From a bacterium (lineage in GTDB: Bacteria; ARS69): a DNA stretch of 64,000 nucleotides. Below are positions 37,535 to 47,689 of this stretch, one piece after another. The notes below the pieces were generated by a model. It was not told the origin of the DNA, searched no databases, and saw only the letters and a list, made by a program, of their open reading frames with translations. Position 1 is the first letter of the stretch. Each line of letters begins with the position of its first letter. The DNA lies in NCBI GenBank assembly GCA_046330135.1, contig JAXLTI010000004.1:1174394-1238393 (forward strand), in the 5' to 3' direction. Position numbers and translations under genes: made by a program.

Positions 37535-39529
37535 ATGGCCCCGCGCCCCAAGCCGATGACGCTCACGCAGAAGATCCTCTGCCATCACGCGGTGGGGCTC
37601 ACGAAGCCGTGGGTCGAGACGGGGGACGTGCTCCGCATCCGCGCGGACTGGACGATCGCGTCCGAGCTGGCGTGGAACGGCATGAACTCGACCTACGAGA
37701 AGCTCGGCCGCCCCGCCGTCCACGACCGCAGCCGCTTCTACCTGGCGCTCGATCACACGGTGGATCCCGGCACGCTCGCGAACGACAAGCGCACGCAGAA
37801 GCTGGTGCAGCTCTCGCGCGACTTCGCGAAGGAGGCGAAGCTCTCGCACTTCTTCGACGCGAACGAGACGATCATGCACACGAAGTTCTTCCGCGACCTC
37901 GTGCAGCCGGGAGAGACCGTGATCGGCGCGGACTCGCACACCTCCAGCCACGGCGGCGTGGGCGCGTTCGCGATCGGGCTTGGCGGCGCGGACGTCTGCA
38001 TCGCCATGGTGCTGGGCGAGACGTGGATTCAGGTCCCCGAAGCGATCCGCGTGGAGTACCGCGGACGGCTCCCCTTCGGGCTGACCGGCAAGGACGTCAT
38101 CCTGAAGACGCTGGGCTCGCTGAAGCGGAACACCGTGGCGATGGAGCGCACGGTGGAGTACGTCGGCGACGCGCTGGAGCACTTCTCCACGGACTTCCGC
38201 TTCACGGTGGCGAACATGACGGCGGAGTTCGGCGGGCTGAACGGCATCTTCCCGGCGGACGAGCGCACCGCGGAGCTTCTCGCGAAGCGGAAGTCCCACA
38301 ACGACGGTGCGCTCTTCTTCCGCGCGGACGAAGGCGCTTCCTACGTCGCCACGCACTCCTTCGAGCTGGCGAAGCTCGTGCCGCAGGTGGCGAAGCCCTT
38401 CTCGCCCGACAACGTCTTCGACGTGAAGGACGCGGCCGGCCAAGCGCTGGACGGCGTCTTCATCGGCGCCTGCAACACCACCGAAGAGGAGCTGGTGCTC
38501 TCCGCGCTCGTGCTGCGCGAGGCGATGGCGGCAGGGAAGACGCCGAAGAAGGCAGACGGCGACAAGCGCATCGTGGTGCCGGGCTCGCGCGAGATCGCCG
38601 AGAACCTGAGGAAGCGCGGGCTGCTGGAGATCTTCGTGAAGGCGGACTTCCGCGTGGGCGTGCCCGGCTGCTCGATGTGCCTCGGCATCGCGAGCGACAA
38701 GGCCGGCCCCGGGGAGCACTGGCTCACCAGCCAGAACCGGAACTTCGAGAACCGCATGGGCGCGGGCTCGATCGCGTACCTGTCGAGCGGACCGACCGTG
38801 GCGGCCAGCGCGTTCGACTTGAAGATCGCCGATCCGCGGCCTTATCTCGCGAAGCTCGGCGAGGCGGAGCTGCGTCGTTTCCTGGATGCGGCGCCTTCCC
38901 GCCCGCGCGTGGTCGTCGCCGAGCCGCAGGCGCACGTGGGACCTGCGCACGGCAACGGGAACGGCGCGTCAGCGTCGGCGGTCGGCGGCGGGGAGGTCCT
39001 CCGCGGCAAGGTGCAGGTCTTCGGCGAGAACGTGGACACGGACGCCATGATCCCCGGCGAGTTTTGCCACCTCACGGATTCGGCGGAGATCGGGAAGGTG
39101 GCGTTCCACTACGTGCGCCCGGACTTCGGCGCGCGAATCGCGCGCGGCGAGGACGTGCTCGTGGCGGGCGAAGGCTGGGGCTCGGGCAGCTCGCGCGAGC
39201 ACGCGGTCTGGGCGCTCAAGTTCGCGGGCGTGAGGGCGGTGATCGCGAAGTCGTACGCCTTCATCCACAAGCGCAACCTCGTGAACGAAGCGGTGCCGTT
39301 CTTCGTGCTCGACGATCCGGAGTTCCACGCCGCCGCGAAAGATGGCGATGCGATCTCGATCCGCATGGACGACGGCGTGGTCACCGTGCGAGGTCGCGAG
39401 TACCGCGCGCATCCGGCGGGAGGGATCGCGTCCAGGATCCAGTCCGCGGGCGGCCTCGTGCCGGCAGTGCAACGCTACGGGAAAGAGACCTTCGATGTCC
39501 TGATGTCGGGAGCGCCCGCGGCGAAGTGA
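37535..39529 (+). CDS. Aconitase-family dehydratase, LeuC-like and LeuD-like subunits fused
   Basis: TLTQKIL, DH, GADSHTS, GKDVIL, NMTAEFGG, FIGACN, PGCSMCLG, SQNRNF.NRMG, then NVDTD..IP, GSGSSREHA, AKSYAFIHKRN. Confidence 0.9.
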   Translation: MAPRPKPMTLTQKILCHHAVGLTKPWVETGDVLRIRADWTIASELAWNGMNSTYEKLGRPAVHDRSRFYLALDHTVDPGTLANDKRTQKLVQLSRDFAKEAKLSHFFDANETIMHTKFFRDLVQPGETVIGADSHTSSHGGVGAFAIGLGGADVCIAMVLGETWIQVPEAIRVEYRGRLPFGLTGKDVILKTLGSLKRNTVAMERTVEYVGDALEHFSTDFRFTVANMTAEFGGLNGIFPADERTAELLAKRKSHNDGALFFRADEGASYVATHSFELAKLVPQVAKPFSPDNVFDVKDAAGQALDGVFIGACNTTEEELVLSALVLREAMAAGKTPKKADGDKRIVVPGSREIAENLRKRGLLEIFVKADFRVGVPGCSMCLGIASDKAGPGEHWLTSQNRNFENRMGAGSIAYLSSGPTVAASAFDLKIADPRPYLAKLGEAELRRFLDAAPSRPRVVVAEPQAHVGPAHGNGNGASASAVGGGEVLRGKVQVFGENVDTDAMIPGEFCHLTDSAEIGKVAFHYVRPDFGARIARGEDVLVAGEGWGSGSSREHAVWALKFAGVRAVIAKSYAFIHKRNLVNEAVPFFVLDDPEFHAAAKDGDAISIRMDDGVVTVRGREYRAHPAGGIASRIQSAGGLVPAVQRYGKETFDVLMSGAPAAK

Positions 39530-39623
39530 TCGCCGATCGCGGTGTGGGCGAAGCCGCGCCGAGCCGCGAGGCCTGCGCGCCCGACGCGTCGATCGGCACA
39601 CGTCGGCCGCCGCATCTGGAGCG

Positions 39624-40397
39624 CTACGTCTCGTCTCTCTCGCGCAGCCACTGCACGTACGCCCAGAGCGCGTCCACGTCCTGCGGCGCCACCTTGTCCT
39701 TGTAGGCCGGCATGTGGAGCACCGCGCGACGGAGGAAGAACTTCGCCGCCGGATTCGCCGCGAAGCGCGCAGAGCTTCCATCGCGCACCCACTCGGTGAA
39801 CTCCGCACGGTCGCGCACGAGATCCGGGAAGTCGTCGCCGTCCCAGGACGGCACGTAGCCCTTGAGCGAGCCGGGGTTCGAGCGCTCGAAGCGCCCGCCC
39901 GGACCGTGACAGCCGAAGCAGCCGAGACGTCGCGCGGCCTCGAGTCCGCCGAGCGCCACGGAGTCCTGCGGCTCCGGCGTGCCGTTCACGGCTTGGACGA
40001 ACTGCACGAGATCGTCGATCTGCCGCTTCGAGAGGCGCTTCCCGAACGCCGGCATGCGGAGCGCGCCCTGTCGGCGCTGCTCCTGGAACGTGGCGCTCTG
40101 CGCGCGCGAGGCGGGCGCGCCGTCGCGGATCCACTCGCGGATCTGGCTCTCGCTCGACGCGTACATCATCAGCTCGGAGCCGAACGTGGGCACCGGGCCG
40201 TCCTTGCGCCCGGCGTTCGGCGTGCCGCGCGTCCCTTCGGGCCCGTGGCACCCGAAGCACCCCGTGTGCTCGGCGAGACGCCGGCCCCGCTCGGCGGCAG
40301 AAAGACGAGGCCGGATGGTGAACCACCATCCGGCCCCGATCGCGATCAACGACAATGCGCCCGCGAGGGCGATCGTGCGTTGCGCTCGTCCTCTCAT
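39624..40397 (-). CDS. Membrane-anchored di-heme c-type cytochrome
   Basis: Two CFGCHGP heme sites, each followed by a distal MPAF/MPAY Met; N-terminal TM. Confidence 0.9.
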   Translation of the reverse strand: MRGRAQRTIALAGALSLIAIGAGWWFTIRPRLSAAERGRRLAEHTGCFGCHGPEGTRGTPNAGRKDGPVPTFGSELMMYASSESQIREWIRDGAPASRAQSATFQEQRRQGALRMPAFGKRLSKRQIDDLVQFVQAVNGTPEPQDSVALGGLEAARRLGCFGCHGPGGRFERSNPGSLKGYVPSWDGDDFPDLVRDRAEFTEWVRDGSSARFAANPAAKFFLRRAVLHMPAYKDKVAPQDVDALWAYVQWLRERDET

Positions 40398-40437
40398 GTC
40401 GGGAAAGACACGAGGCTCGTCAGGGACGCCCGAGCCT

Positions 40438-40911
40438 CTAGCCCTTGGTCCCGGTGGTGGCGGGCTTCGCCATGGTCGCAAGCTCGATGGCGTCGACTTC
40501 GATCGCCTCCATGCCGCTGCGCTTGCTCACCGGCCCCGTCACCTTGACCTCCTCCGCCGCCATGTCCTTCGCCTTCGTGAACGGCTCAGCGTTGTCGTGG
40601 CTCATCACGAGCAGATAGAGCTTCCCTTCCTTCGTCAGGACGCCCATCGGCATGCCGCCCGCGATGCACTTGGTGGCGCAGTCCTTGTGAGATGCGCCCT
40701 TCGCGCCGTGACCCAGGTAGCACCCGAGGTCCACGATCTCGCCGGTGACGGTCATGCTCTTCGCCGCCTCCGGCTCCTTCGCCGCGGACGCGGCCTGCGC
40801 GTGCATCTGCGCATGAGTGCCCGCGTGATGCGCCTGCGTGTGCGTCTGCGCGTGTGCTGCCATGCCGGCGAAGAGCACGACGCCAGCCAGTGCGATGCCG
40901 ACTCCCCTCAT
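40438..40911 (-). CDS. Secreted His-rich, Cys-motif hypothetical protein
   Basis: Signal peptide, His-rich linker, GEIVDLGCY...H..CA..CI.GG.P. Confidence 0.75.
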   Translation of the reverse strand: MRGVGIALAGVVLFAGMAAHAQTHTQAHHAGTHAQMHAQAASAAKEPEAAKSMTVTGEIVDLGCYLGHGAKGASHKDCATKCIAGGMPMGVLTKEGKLYLLVMSHDNAEPFTKAKDMAAEEVKVTGPVSKRSGMEAIEVDAIELATMAKPATTGTKG

Positions 40912-41050
40912 CGATCCTCTCCTTGTGAGCCCGGTTTCCTTCCGGGGCACCCCCCAAGACCCCCGAGGCGTCCCAAAGTTCCCTGCGATCCCTCGCCGCC
41001 TTGACGTGCGGCTCCCGACTTGCTACAGCCCGAGCGTCGGGTGCACTTCC

Positions 41051-42226
41051 GTGCGGAAGGTCTACTTGGAACCGATTCCGTTTGCAAGCCCCTCGACACT
41101 GCCCACCGGGCCCGGCGACGAATGGCACGCCTCGCCCGCGCTCGAGAGCGTCGAGACCCCTGCGCTCGTCCTGGACGAGGACGTCCTCCTGGCGAACGTT
41201 CGTGCGATGGCGAGCGTCGCGGCGTCGGCCGGCGTGGCCCTGCGGCCGCACTTCAAGACGCACAAGTGCGTCGAGATCGCGCGAATCCAGCTAGAACACG
41301 GAGCCGTGGGCGGGACCGTGGCGAAGGCCTCGGAGGCCGAGGTCTTCGTCGTCGCGGGAGTGCGCGATCTCGTCGTGGCCACTTCGGTCGTCGACCCGAG
41401 GAAGATCGAGCGCCTGCTCATGTATGGGCGTCACGCCGAGATCGCCGGAGTCGTGGAGTCGGCCGAGGGCGTGCGCGCGTGGGCGGAGGCCGCTTCACGA
41501 GTGGGGAATCGTGTTCCCGTCCTCCTGGAGGTCGACGTGGGGCTCGGTCGGACCGGAGCGTCCTCGGAGGAAGCGGCCGTCCTCCTGGCGCGCCGTGTCG
41601 CGTCCACTCCGCATCTCGAGCTTCGCGGAGTCCTCGGGCACGGCGGGCACGCGTACGGCGCCAAGTCGCGGGAGGAGATCGAAGCGATCGGTCGAGCGGA
41701 GGGCGAAGCGCTCGTTCGGACGGCGGAAGCGATCCGAGCGGCCGGCATGCCCTGCCCGGTCGTGAGCGCGGGCTCCACGCCGACGGCACCGCACGTGGCG
41801 AAGGTCGCCGGCGTCACCGAGATCCGCCCCGGAAACTACGTGTTCCACGACGGCATCCAACAGGCGTTGGGCGTCGCGTCGGCGTCGAGCTGCGCGCTCA
41901 CCGTGCTCGCGACGGTCGTCGCGCGGCCCACGCCGGAACGAACGGTGCTGGACTGCGGTTCCAAGACGCTGTCCTCCGACGGCTCGGCGGCGGTGAGCGG
42001 GTTCGGGCATGTCGCGGGGAGGCGGGACCTCACGTTGACGAGGCTGTGGGAGGAGCACGCGCTCTTGCCCGTCCCGCGAGAGACGCATCTCGCCGTCGGT
42101 GATCGCGTGCGCGTCGTGCCGAATCACGCGTGCGCCACCGTGAACCTCCACGACGAGCTCGTGGTCCTGCGCGGAGGCGAGGTGAAGGAGCGCTGGCGCG
42201 TCGCGGCACGCGGTCGCGTTCGCTGA
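41051..42226 (+). CDS. PLP enzyme, D-serine dehydratase/D-threonine aldolase family (fold III)
   Basis: ETPALVLD, LRPHFKTHK, EVDVG..RTG, H.GH.Y, SAGSTPT, EIRPGNYVF.D, EEH, PNHAC; start approximate. Confidence 0.92.
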   Translation: MRKVYLEPIPFASPSTLPTGPGDEWHASPALESVETPALVLDEDVLLANVRAMASVAASAGVALRPHFKTHKCVEIARIQLEHGAVGGTVAKASEAEVFVVAGVRDLVVATSVVDPRKIERLLMYGRHAEIAGVVESAEGVRAWAEAASRVGNRVPVLLEVDVGLGRTGASSEEAAVLLARRVASTPHLELRGVLGHGGHAYGAKSREEIEAIGRAEGEALVRTAEAIRAAGMPCPVVSAGSTPTAPHVAKVAGVTEIRPGNYVFHDGIQQALGVASASSCALTVLATVVARPTPERTVLDCGSKTLSSDGSAAVSGFGHVAGRRDLTLTRLWEEHALLPVPRETHLAVGDRVRVVPNHACATVNLHDELVVLRGGEVKERWRVAARGRVR

Positions 42227-42315
42227 GGAGCGGCGGCGCCGCGCACGCGCGGAAAGGCGAGGATGGAGCGGCACGCGGCCTCGCGTGCCGGGCATCTCAA
42301 CGAAGGGAGGGCGCT

Positions 42316-43311
42316 GTGCCGAGCATCCACGTCCGCAAGGGTTGGGCGATCGCCGAACGAGATCTGACGCCGGAGTCGGTCTACGTGAACCGGCGAGAGA
42401 TTCTCAAGGGACTCGGCTTCACGGGGCTCGGGCTGGCGGCGCTGATGGCCGGCTGCGGTACGGACAAGGTCGACGCGCAGGGCGAGCTCGTCTGGAAGCC
42501 CACGGGCGTTCCGTCGAACAACCCGAACGCGGCGCTCTATCCGGCGAAGCGCAACCCGAAGTACGTGCTCGACCGCCCCCTCACCGCCGAGAAGCCCACC
42601 GCCACGTACAACAACTACTACGAGTTCACGACCGACAAGGGCGGCGTGTGGAAGCTCGCCGAAGGCTTCCAGGCTCGGACCCGGCCATGGCACGTGGAGG
42701 TGACGGGCCTCGTGGAGCATCCCGGCAAGTTCTCCATCGACGACCTCGTGAAGGAATTCGGCGTGGAGGAGCGCACGTATCGTCACCGCTGCGTCGAGGC
42801 GTGGGCGATGGCGGTGCCGTGGACCGGCTTCCCGTTCTCGAAGCTCTTGGCGAAAGTCCAGCCGAAGAGCGAAGCCACGCACGTCCGCACCGTCACGTAC
42901 CTGGACAAGGAGCACGCGCCCGGCCAGAAGTCGCAGCCCTGGTATCCCTGGCCGTACTTCGAAGGGCTGCGCATGGACGAGGCGATGAACGAGCTGACGT
43001 TCGTGGCCACCGGGATCTACGGCCACGAGCTGCCCGCGCAGAACGGCGCTCCGTGGCGCCTCACCACGCCCTGGAAGTACGGCTACAAGAGCATCAAGGC
43101 GATCGTGAAGATCGAGCTGGTGAACAAGCAGCCGGCCACGTTCTGGAACCAGGTGGCGCCGCTCGAGTACAGCTTCCTCTCCAACGTGGATCCCACGAAG
43201 CCGCACCCGCGCTGGTCGCAGGCCCACGAGAAGCTCATCGACACGGGCGAGACCGTGCCCACGCAGCCGTTCAACGGCTACGGAGACTTCGTGGCGAAGA
43301 TGTACGCTTAG
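42316..43311 (+). CDS. msrP: Protein-methionine-sulfoxide reductase catalytic subunit
   Basis: TPES.Y.NRR Tat signal, YNNYYEF, EER.YR.RCVEAW, YFEGLRMDEAMNEL, QNGAP.RL..PWKYG.KSIK, HPRWSQA.E. Confidence 0.95.
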   Translation: MPSIHVRKGWAIAERDLTPESVYVNRREILKGLGFTGLGLAALMAGCGTDKVDAQGELVWKPTGVPSNNPNAALYPAKRNPKYVLDRPLTAEKPTATYNNYYEFTTDKGGVWKLAEGFQARTRPWHVEVTGLVEHPGKFSIDDLVKEFGVEERTYRHRCVEAWAMAVPWTGFPFSKLLAKVQPKSEATHVRTVTYLDKEHAPGQKSQPWYPWPYFEGLRMDEAMNELTFVATGIYGHELPAQNGAPWRLTTPWKYGYKSIKAIVKIELVNKQPATFWNQVAPLEYSFLSNVDPTKPHPRWSQAHEKLIDTGETVPTQPFNGYGDFVAKMYA

Positions 43312-43883
43312 CCCGAGCTAGCGCCCGGCCTGGGCACGCCCGGGCGCCTCGCGATCAGCCAGCCGGCGAGCACGATGGCCGCGAGGAGCGCCACGAGGGG
43401 CAGGAGGATCGCGAGCACGCTGGTGACGACCGCGCCGGCCAGCTCCACCGTCGCGAGGAGGAAGTTCGCCGCGCCGCCCGTCGTCAACGTCGAGGCGGCG
43501 CGCGCCGCGGCGGTGGTGCCGTGCAGGATCCCGGCGGCGCCGCCGCCCCCGATCACCGCGAGCGACCACTTGAGAAGCGGCGGCAGGTCCGTGACCACCG
43601 AAGCGGTGGCGAGAATGCCCGCCGCGATGGCCACGGGCGGCCCGAGCATGTCCAGGAGGTTGTCGAGCCAGGGCACGTAGTACGCCGTGACCTCCACGAT
43701 CGTGGCCACCGCGAAGGCCGCGAGCGCCGGCGTCGACGCGATCCAAGCGAATCCCGGCGCCAGCGGAAGGTGCCCGGCCCTCGCCGCGACGCTCATCACG
43801 AGGAACGGGACGAAGATCCGCAGCCCGACCGCGGCGCTCAGCGCGATCCCGATCGCGACGGCGAGCAACGTATCGAAGGTCAT
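43308..43883 (-). CDS. DUF4126 membrane protein
   Basis: GI.LSAA.GLR.F.P, E..AYY.PWLDN.LD, ST.TTGG.AN. Confidence 0.88.
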   Translation of the reverse strand: MTFDTLLAVAIGIALSAAVGLRIFVPFLVMSVAARAGHLPLAPGFAWIASTPALAAFAVATIVEVTAYYVPWLDNLLDMLGPPVAIAAGILATASVVTDLPPLLKWSLAVIGGGGAAGILHGTTAAARAASTLTTGGAANFLLATVELAGAVVTSVLAILLPLVALLAAIVLAGWLIARRPGVPRPGASSG

Positions 43884-46633
43884 CGCCCGGTCTTCGTTTC
43901 GCGGCTCGGCTTGCCTGCGGCGCGGTCGGGGTACAGGTCGTTCCACCACTCGGGCTGGCCCTTCAACCAGCGATCGAACCAGGCCACGATGGACCGCGAC
44001 CACACGAGGCGCTTCGCGTGGTCGGTGATGAGGTGATCGAGGCCTTCGACCTGCACGTACTCCACCGGCGCGCCGAGCAGCTTCAGCGCCGTGTAGAACG
44101 CATCGCTCTCGCCGGTGGGCACGTTCGTGTCCGACGTCCCGTGCGTGAGGAGAATCGGCGTGCGCACGCTGTCGGCATGGAAGAGCGGGCTCTTGTCCAC
44201 GTAGACGTCGCGGCGATTCCACGGGAAGGACTCCGCGGTGGCGACGCTGCTGTACGAGTAGCCCCAGTATCCGTCGCCCCAGTAGTACTCGAGCGACGAG
44301 ATCCCCGCGTGCGACACCGCGGCGGCGAAGCGGTTCGTCACCGTCACGAGGCGCATCGTGAGGAACCCTCCGTAGGAGGCGCCGATGCAGCCGACGCGCT
44401 TCGTGTCGACGTACGGATGCGTCTCGACGAAGCGATCCGTGCCTTCGATCACTTCCTTCGCCGTTTTCTCGCCCCAGTCGTTCACGTGCGCGGCCGAGAA
44501 GCGCTGCCCCCAGCCGATCGCGCCCGACGGCTGCAGCACGTAGACCACGTAGCCCTCGGCCGCCCACCACTCCAAGGGATAGCGCCCGCCGAAGTCGCGC
44601 TCCACTGGCGCCGTGCCGCCGTAGTAGTACACGATGCACGGGTACTTCGCGCTCGGGTCGAAGTCCGGCGGGAGATAGAAGCGCCCGTCGATGGTTACGC
44701 CGCTCGAGGCCGTGAAGCTCCACGGCTCCACCTTTCCGCGGCGCACGCGGGCGAAGCGATGCGCGGCCGGCCGGTCGAGCACGCGGTGCGCGCCGGTGCG
44801 CAGGTCGAGCGACACGAGCGAGGGCGGGCTCCACGGGGAGGTGGCGGTGAGCACGAGGACGGGCGCTTGCCGAGCGAGGCTCATCGACCGCACGACGTCC
44901 TCGCCCACCTCCAGGCGCGTGAACGTCTTCGCGACGGGATCGTAGCGATAGAGGCGCTGGCAGTCGCCCTCCGCGACGCGCAGATAGATCATCCCGTCCG
45001 CGCGGCTCCACTCCGCGTCGAGAACCGCGGGGTCGAAGTCGCGCGTGATGCACTCCGCGGCGTTCGACGACGGATCCCACACGTACAGCTCCTGGTCGAA
45101 CTCGTTCGGAATGACGCTGTCCGGCAGCGAGCGTCCGACCTTGCCGAGCTCCGAGGACCCGCCGCGCAGCAGGATCCGCGTGCCGTCCGGGGAGTACCCG
45201 GCGTCGTTCAGCCACGGCTCGTCGCGGAGCTTCTTCGCCGCGAAGGTGGCGAGATCCAGCTCCCACAGCTCCGTCCGCTCGAACGGGCGCTCCGTGAGAT
45301 CCTCGACGGTGCGCGTGAAGAGGAGCCTCTTCCCGTCCGCGGAGAAGGACACCGCGCCGGTCGTGATCGGCCCCGCCGTCAGCCGGCGCACCGTACGGCC
45401 GGGCAGAGCGAGGAGGCTCAGGTGCGACTTCTCCCGGTAGTTCGCCTGCCGGTCGGCGAGCCCTTCGAGGCGCTTCAGCCCGCGCGAGTCCGGGTCCGGC
45501 GAGACCGAGGTGGAAAAGACGAGCGCCGTCCCGTCCGGCGACCAGGCGTAGCTCTCCAGGTTCTCGACGCGCTCCAGCAACGGCCCGGTGCGTCCCGTGT
45601 CCAGCTCCGCGACCCAGATCGTGCCGAGCGACTTCTTCGTCTTCGCGTCGTCGTCGCCGCCCGCGCTCTCGGTCGTGAGGTAGCTGATCGCGCGCCCGTC
45701 GGGGCGCCACGCGAGCTGCCGGCCCGTGAATCCGCCGCGCCAGGTGCTGACGAGATCGCCGTTCTCGGTCGAGCGGATTTCCGCCCACGTCTCGCTGCGG
45801 TCGGAGCCGGCGACCACGCGCTCGAGGCTCGCGACCACGCGCTTGCCGTCCGGGGACGTGGCGATCGACGTGACGTGCGGCAGGTCGACGACGTCGAGGA
45901 TGTCGACGTCGCGCTCGGGGTCGAGCGAGAAGGAGAGCTGCGCGGGGAGCGAGTCCGGCGGCAAGCGGAGCGACGCGCCGGCCATCCAGTTCGCGCCCCG
46001 CGAGGGATCCAGCACCGTCTCGACGACGAGCAAGTGCTTCCCGCGCGTCAGCTTCACCTTGCCCTGGACTTCCGCGCGCGCGGAGTCGAGCCCGCCGGAG
46101 GCCACCGGCTCGTCGTCGAGCCAGGCGCGCCGGGGGTGCGAGCCGAGCACCACGAGATCGCACGCGGTGAAGCGCGCGACCGAGACGTAGGCGGCGAGGC
46201 GCGCGACCTGAGGCGGGCTCTCGGACACGCCAGGCTCAGCTCGAGGCGGACGGGCCGCGCCGCGCGGAAGGGACACTTCGCCGTCTTTCGCGTCCGTCGC
46301 GCGCCAGGGCAGCACGGCGCCGCCGGGCCAGGCCACGCTCGAGTCGGCGGCCGGCGGATCCGCGTCGCGCGCGAAGCGATCGTCCTTCAGGAGGTCCTCG
46401 AGCCCGTACGCGAAGGGGGTGTCGCCGTGGAAGACCGGCAGCACGGCCGGCGCCGGGCCGAGGACGAGCCAGCGGGAAACGGGCGAAGGGGCGGGGCGCT
46501 TGGCCGGCGACGTCTTCGTCGATCCGGCAGGAGAGGCCTTCGCGACGGTGGCCGACGCCGGCCAAGCCCACGTCAGCGCGAGGAGGAGCGTGCCGGCCAG
46601 GACCCCATCGAAACCGCCGCGGCGCAAGCGCAT
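43880..46633 (-). CDS. Secreted S9 prolyl oligopeptidase family protein
   Basis: Signal peptide, WD40/TolB-like W.PDG repeats, KYP.IVYYYGG, GASYGG, HG.SD.NVP, DH. Confidence 0.93.
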   Translation of the reverse strand: MRLRRGGFDGVLAGTLLLALTWAWPASATVAKASPAGSTKTSPAKRPAPSPVSRWLVLGPAPAVLPVFHGDTPFAYGLEDLLKDDRFARDADPPAADSSVAWPGGAVLPWRATDAKDGEVSLPRGAARPPRAEPGVSESPPQVARLAAYVSVARFTACDLVVLGSHPRRAWLDDEPVASGGLDSARAEVQGKVKLTRGKHLLVVETVLDPSRGANWMAGASLRLPPDSLPAQLSFSLDPERDVDILDVVDLPHVTSIATSPDGKRVVASLERVVAGSDRSETWAEIRSTENGDLVSTWRGGFTGRQLAWRPDGRAISYLTTESAGGDDDAKTKKSLGTIWVAELDTGRTGPLLERVENLESYAWSPDGTALVFSTSVSPDPDSRGLKRLEGLADRQANYREKSHLSLLALPGRTVRRLTAGPITTGAVSFSADGKRLLFTRTVEDLTERPFERTELWELDLATFAAKKLRDEPWLNDAGYSPDGTRILLRGGSSELGKVGRSLPDSVIPNEFDQELYVWDPSSNAAECITRDFDPAVLDAEWSRADGMIYLRVAEGDCQRLYRYDPVAKTFTRLEVGEDVVRSMSLARQAPVLVLTATSPWSPPSLVSLDLRTGAHRVLDRPAAHRFARVRRGKVEPWSFTASSGVTIDGRFYLPPDFDPSAKYPCIVYYYGGTAPVERDFGGRYPLEWWAAEGYVVYVLQPSGAIGWGQRFSAAHVNDWGEKTAKEVIEGTDRFVETHPYVDTKRVGCIGASYGGFLTMRLVTVTNRFAAAVSHAGISSLEYYWGDGYWGYSYSSVATAESFPWNRRDVYVDKSPLFHADSVRTPILLTHGTSDTNVPTGESDAFYTALKLLGAPVEYVQVEGLDHLITDHAKRLVWSRSIVAWFDRWLKGQPEWWNDLYPDRAAGKPSRETKTGR

Positions 46634-46637
46634 CCCG

Positions 46638-47414
46638 CTACTCGCCGCGGAACTCGGCCGGGCGCTTGTCGAGGAAGGCGGTCATCCCTTCCTTCACGTC
46701 GGCCGTGGAGTTCAACACCGTCTGCGCCACGATCTCGAGCTGCATTCCCCAATCGGCCGGGACGTTCGAGGAGGCCTGCAGCACCATCTTCGCGAGACGC
46801 AGCGCCACGGGCGCGCGCTTCGCGATGCGCTCGGCCAGCTCCCGGGCGGCGGCCGCCAGCTCCGCCGGCGCCACGACCCGGCTCACGAGCCCGATGCGCA
46901 GCGCGCTCTCCGCGTCGTGGATCGTGCCGGCGAGGATCATGTCCTTCGCGAGGCCGAGCCCCACGATCCGCGGCAAGCGCTGCGTGCCTCCGGCGCCGGG
47001 AAGGATGCCGAGCCCCGTCTCCGGGAGCCCGAGCTTCGCGTTGGCCGACGCGATGCGGAGGTCGCACGCGAGCGCCAGCTCGAGCCCGCCGCCGAGCGCC
47101 CAGCCGTTGATCGCGGCGATCGTGGGGAAGGGGAGGCTCTCGAGACGCGCGAAGAGGCGGTTGTTCGCGGCCGCGAGGACGTCGGCGTTCGAGCGCGCCA
47201 GGAGCGTTCGCACGTCGGCGCCGGCGACGAAGACCTGATCGCCCGCGCCGGTCACTATCAGCACGCGGGTGACCGCGCCGCGCTCGATCTCGTCGAAGGC
47301 CGCGTGCAGCTCGCGCACCGTGTCCGCGTCGAGGGCGTTGCGCGCGGCGGGTCGATCGATCGTGACGAGGGCGATGGCGCCGTCCGTCGCCAGGCGAATC
47401 CTCTCGAACGACAT
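46638..47414 (-). CDS. Enoyl-CoA hydratase/isomerase
   Basis: RNAL, FVAGAD, AAING.ALGGGLELALACD, GLPE..LGI.PGAGGTQRL, FL.KR. Confidence 0.95.
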   Translation of the reverse strand: MSFERIRLATDGAIALVTIDRPAARNALDADTVRELHAAFDEIERGAVTRVLIVTGAGDQVFVAGADVRTLLARSNADVLAAANNRLFARLESLPFPTIAAINGWALGGGLELALACDLRIASANAKLGLPETGLGILPGAGGTQRLPRIVGLGLAKDMILAGTIHDAESALRIGLVSRVVAPAELAAAARELAERIAKRAPVALRLAKMVLQASSNVPADWGMQLEIVAQTVLNSTADVKEGMTAFLDKRPAEFRGE

Positions 47415-47689
47415 GGATCCTCCTTCGTCGCGCTCGGGTGTCGCGGCGGAGCGGATCGTAGCGGAATCGAGAGGGAGTGCCCACCGCAGGCGACGCGATC
47501 GTCAACGCGGGGATGCGCCGGCGGGCGAGGCGGCTGCGTTCGCCTCGAAGGGAGCGCCGGGAGGGCGTCCTCGCGGCCGGAGGCGCCCGGGGCCGGCGGA
47601 ATGCGCCTTGCAAGGGGGAACGCGCACGCGCGGGAAGGAGGTGCGTCGCCACGCATCCACGACGGCTCGCGGCGTTCGTTCTCGCGGGG

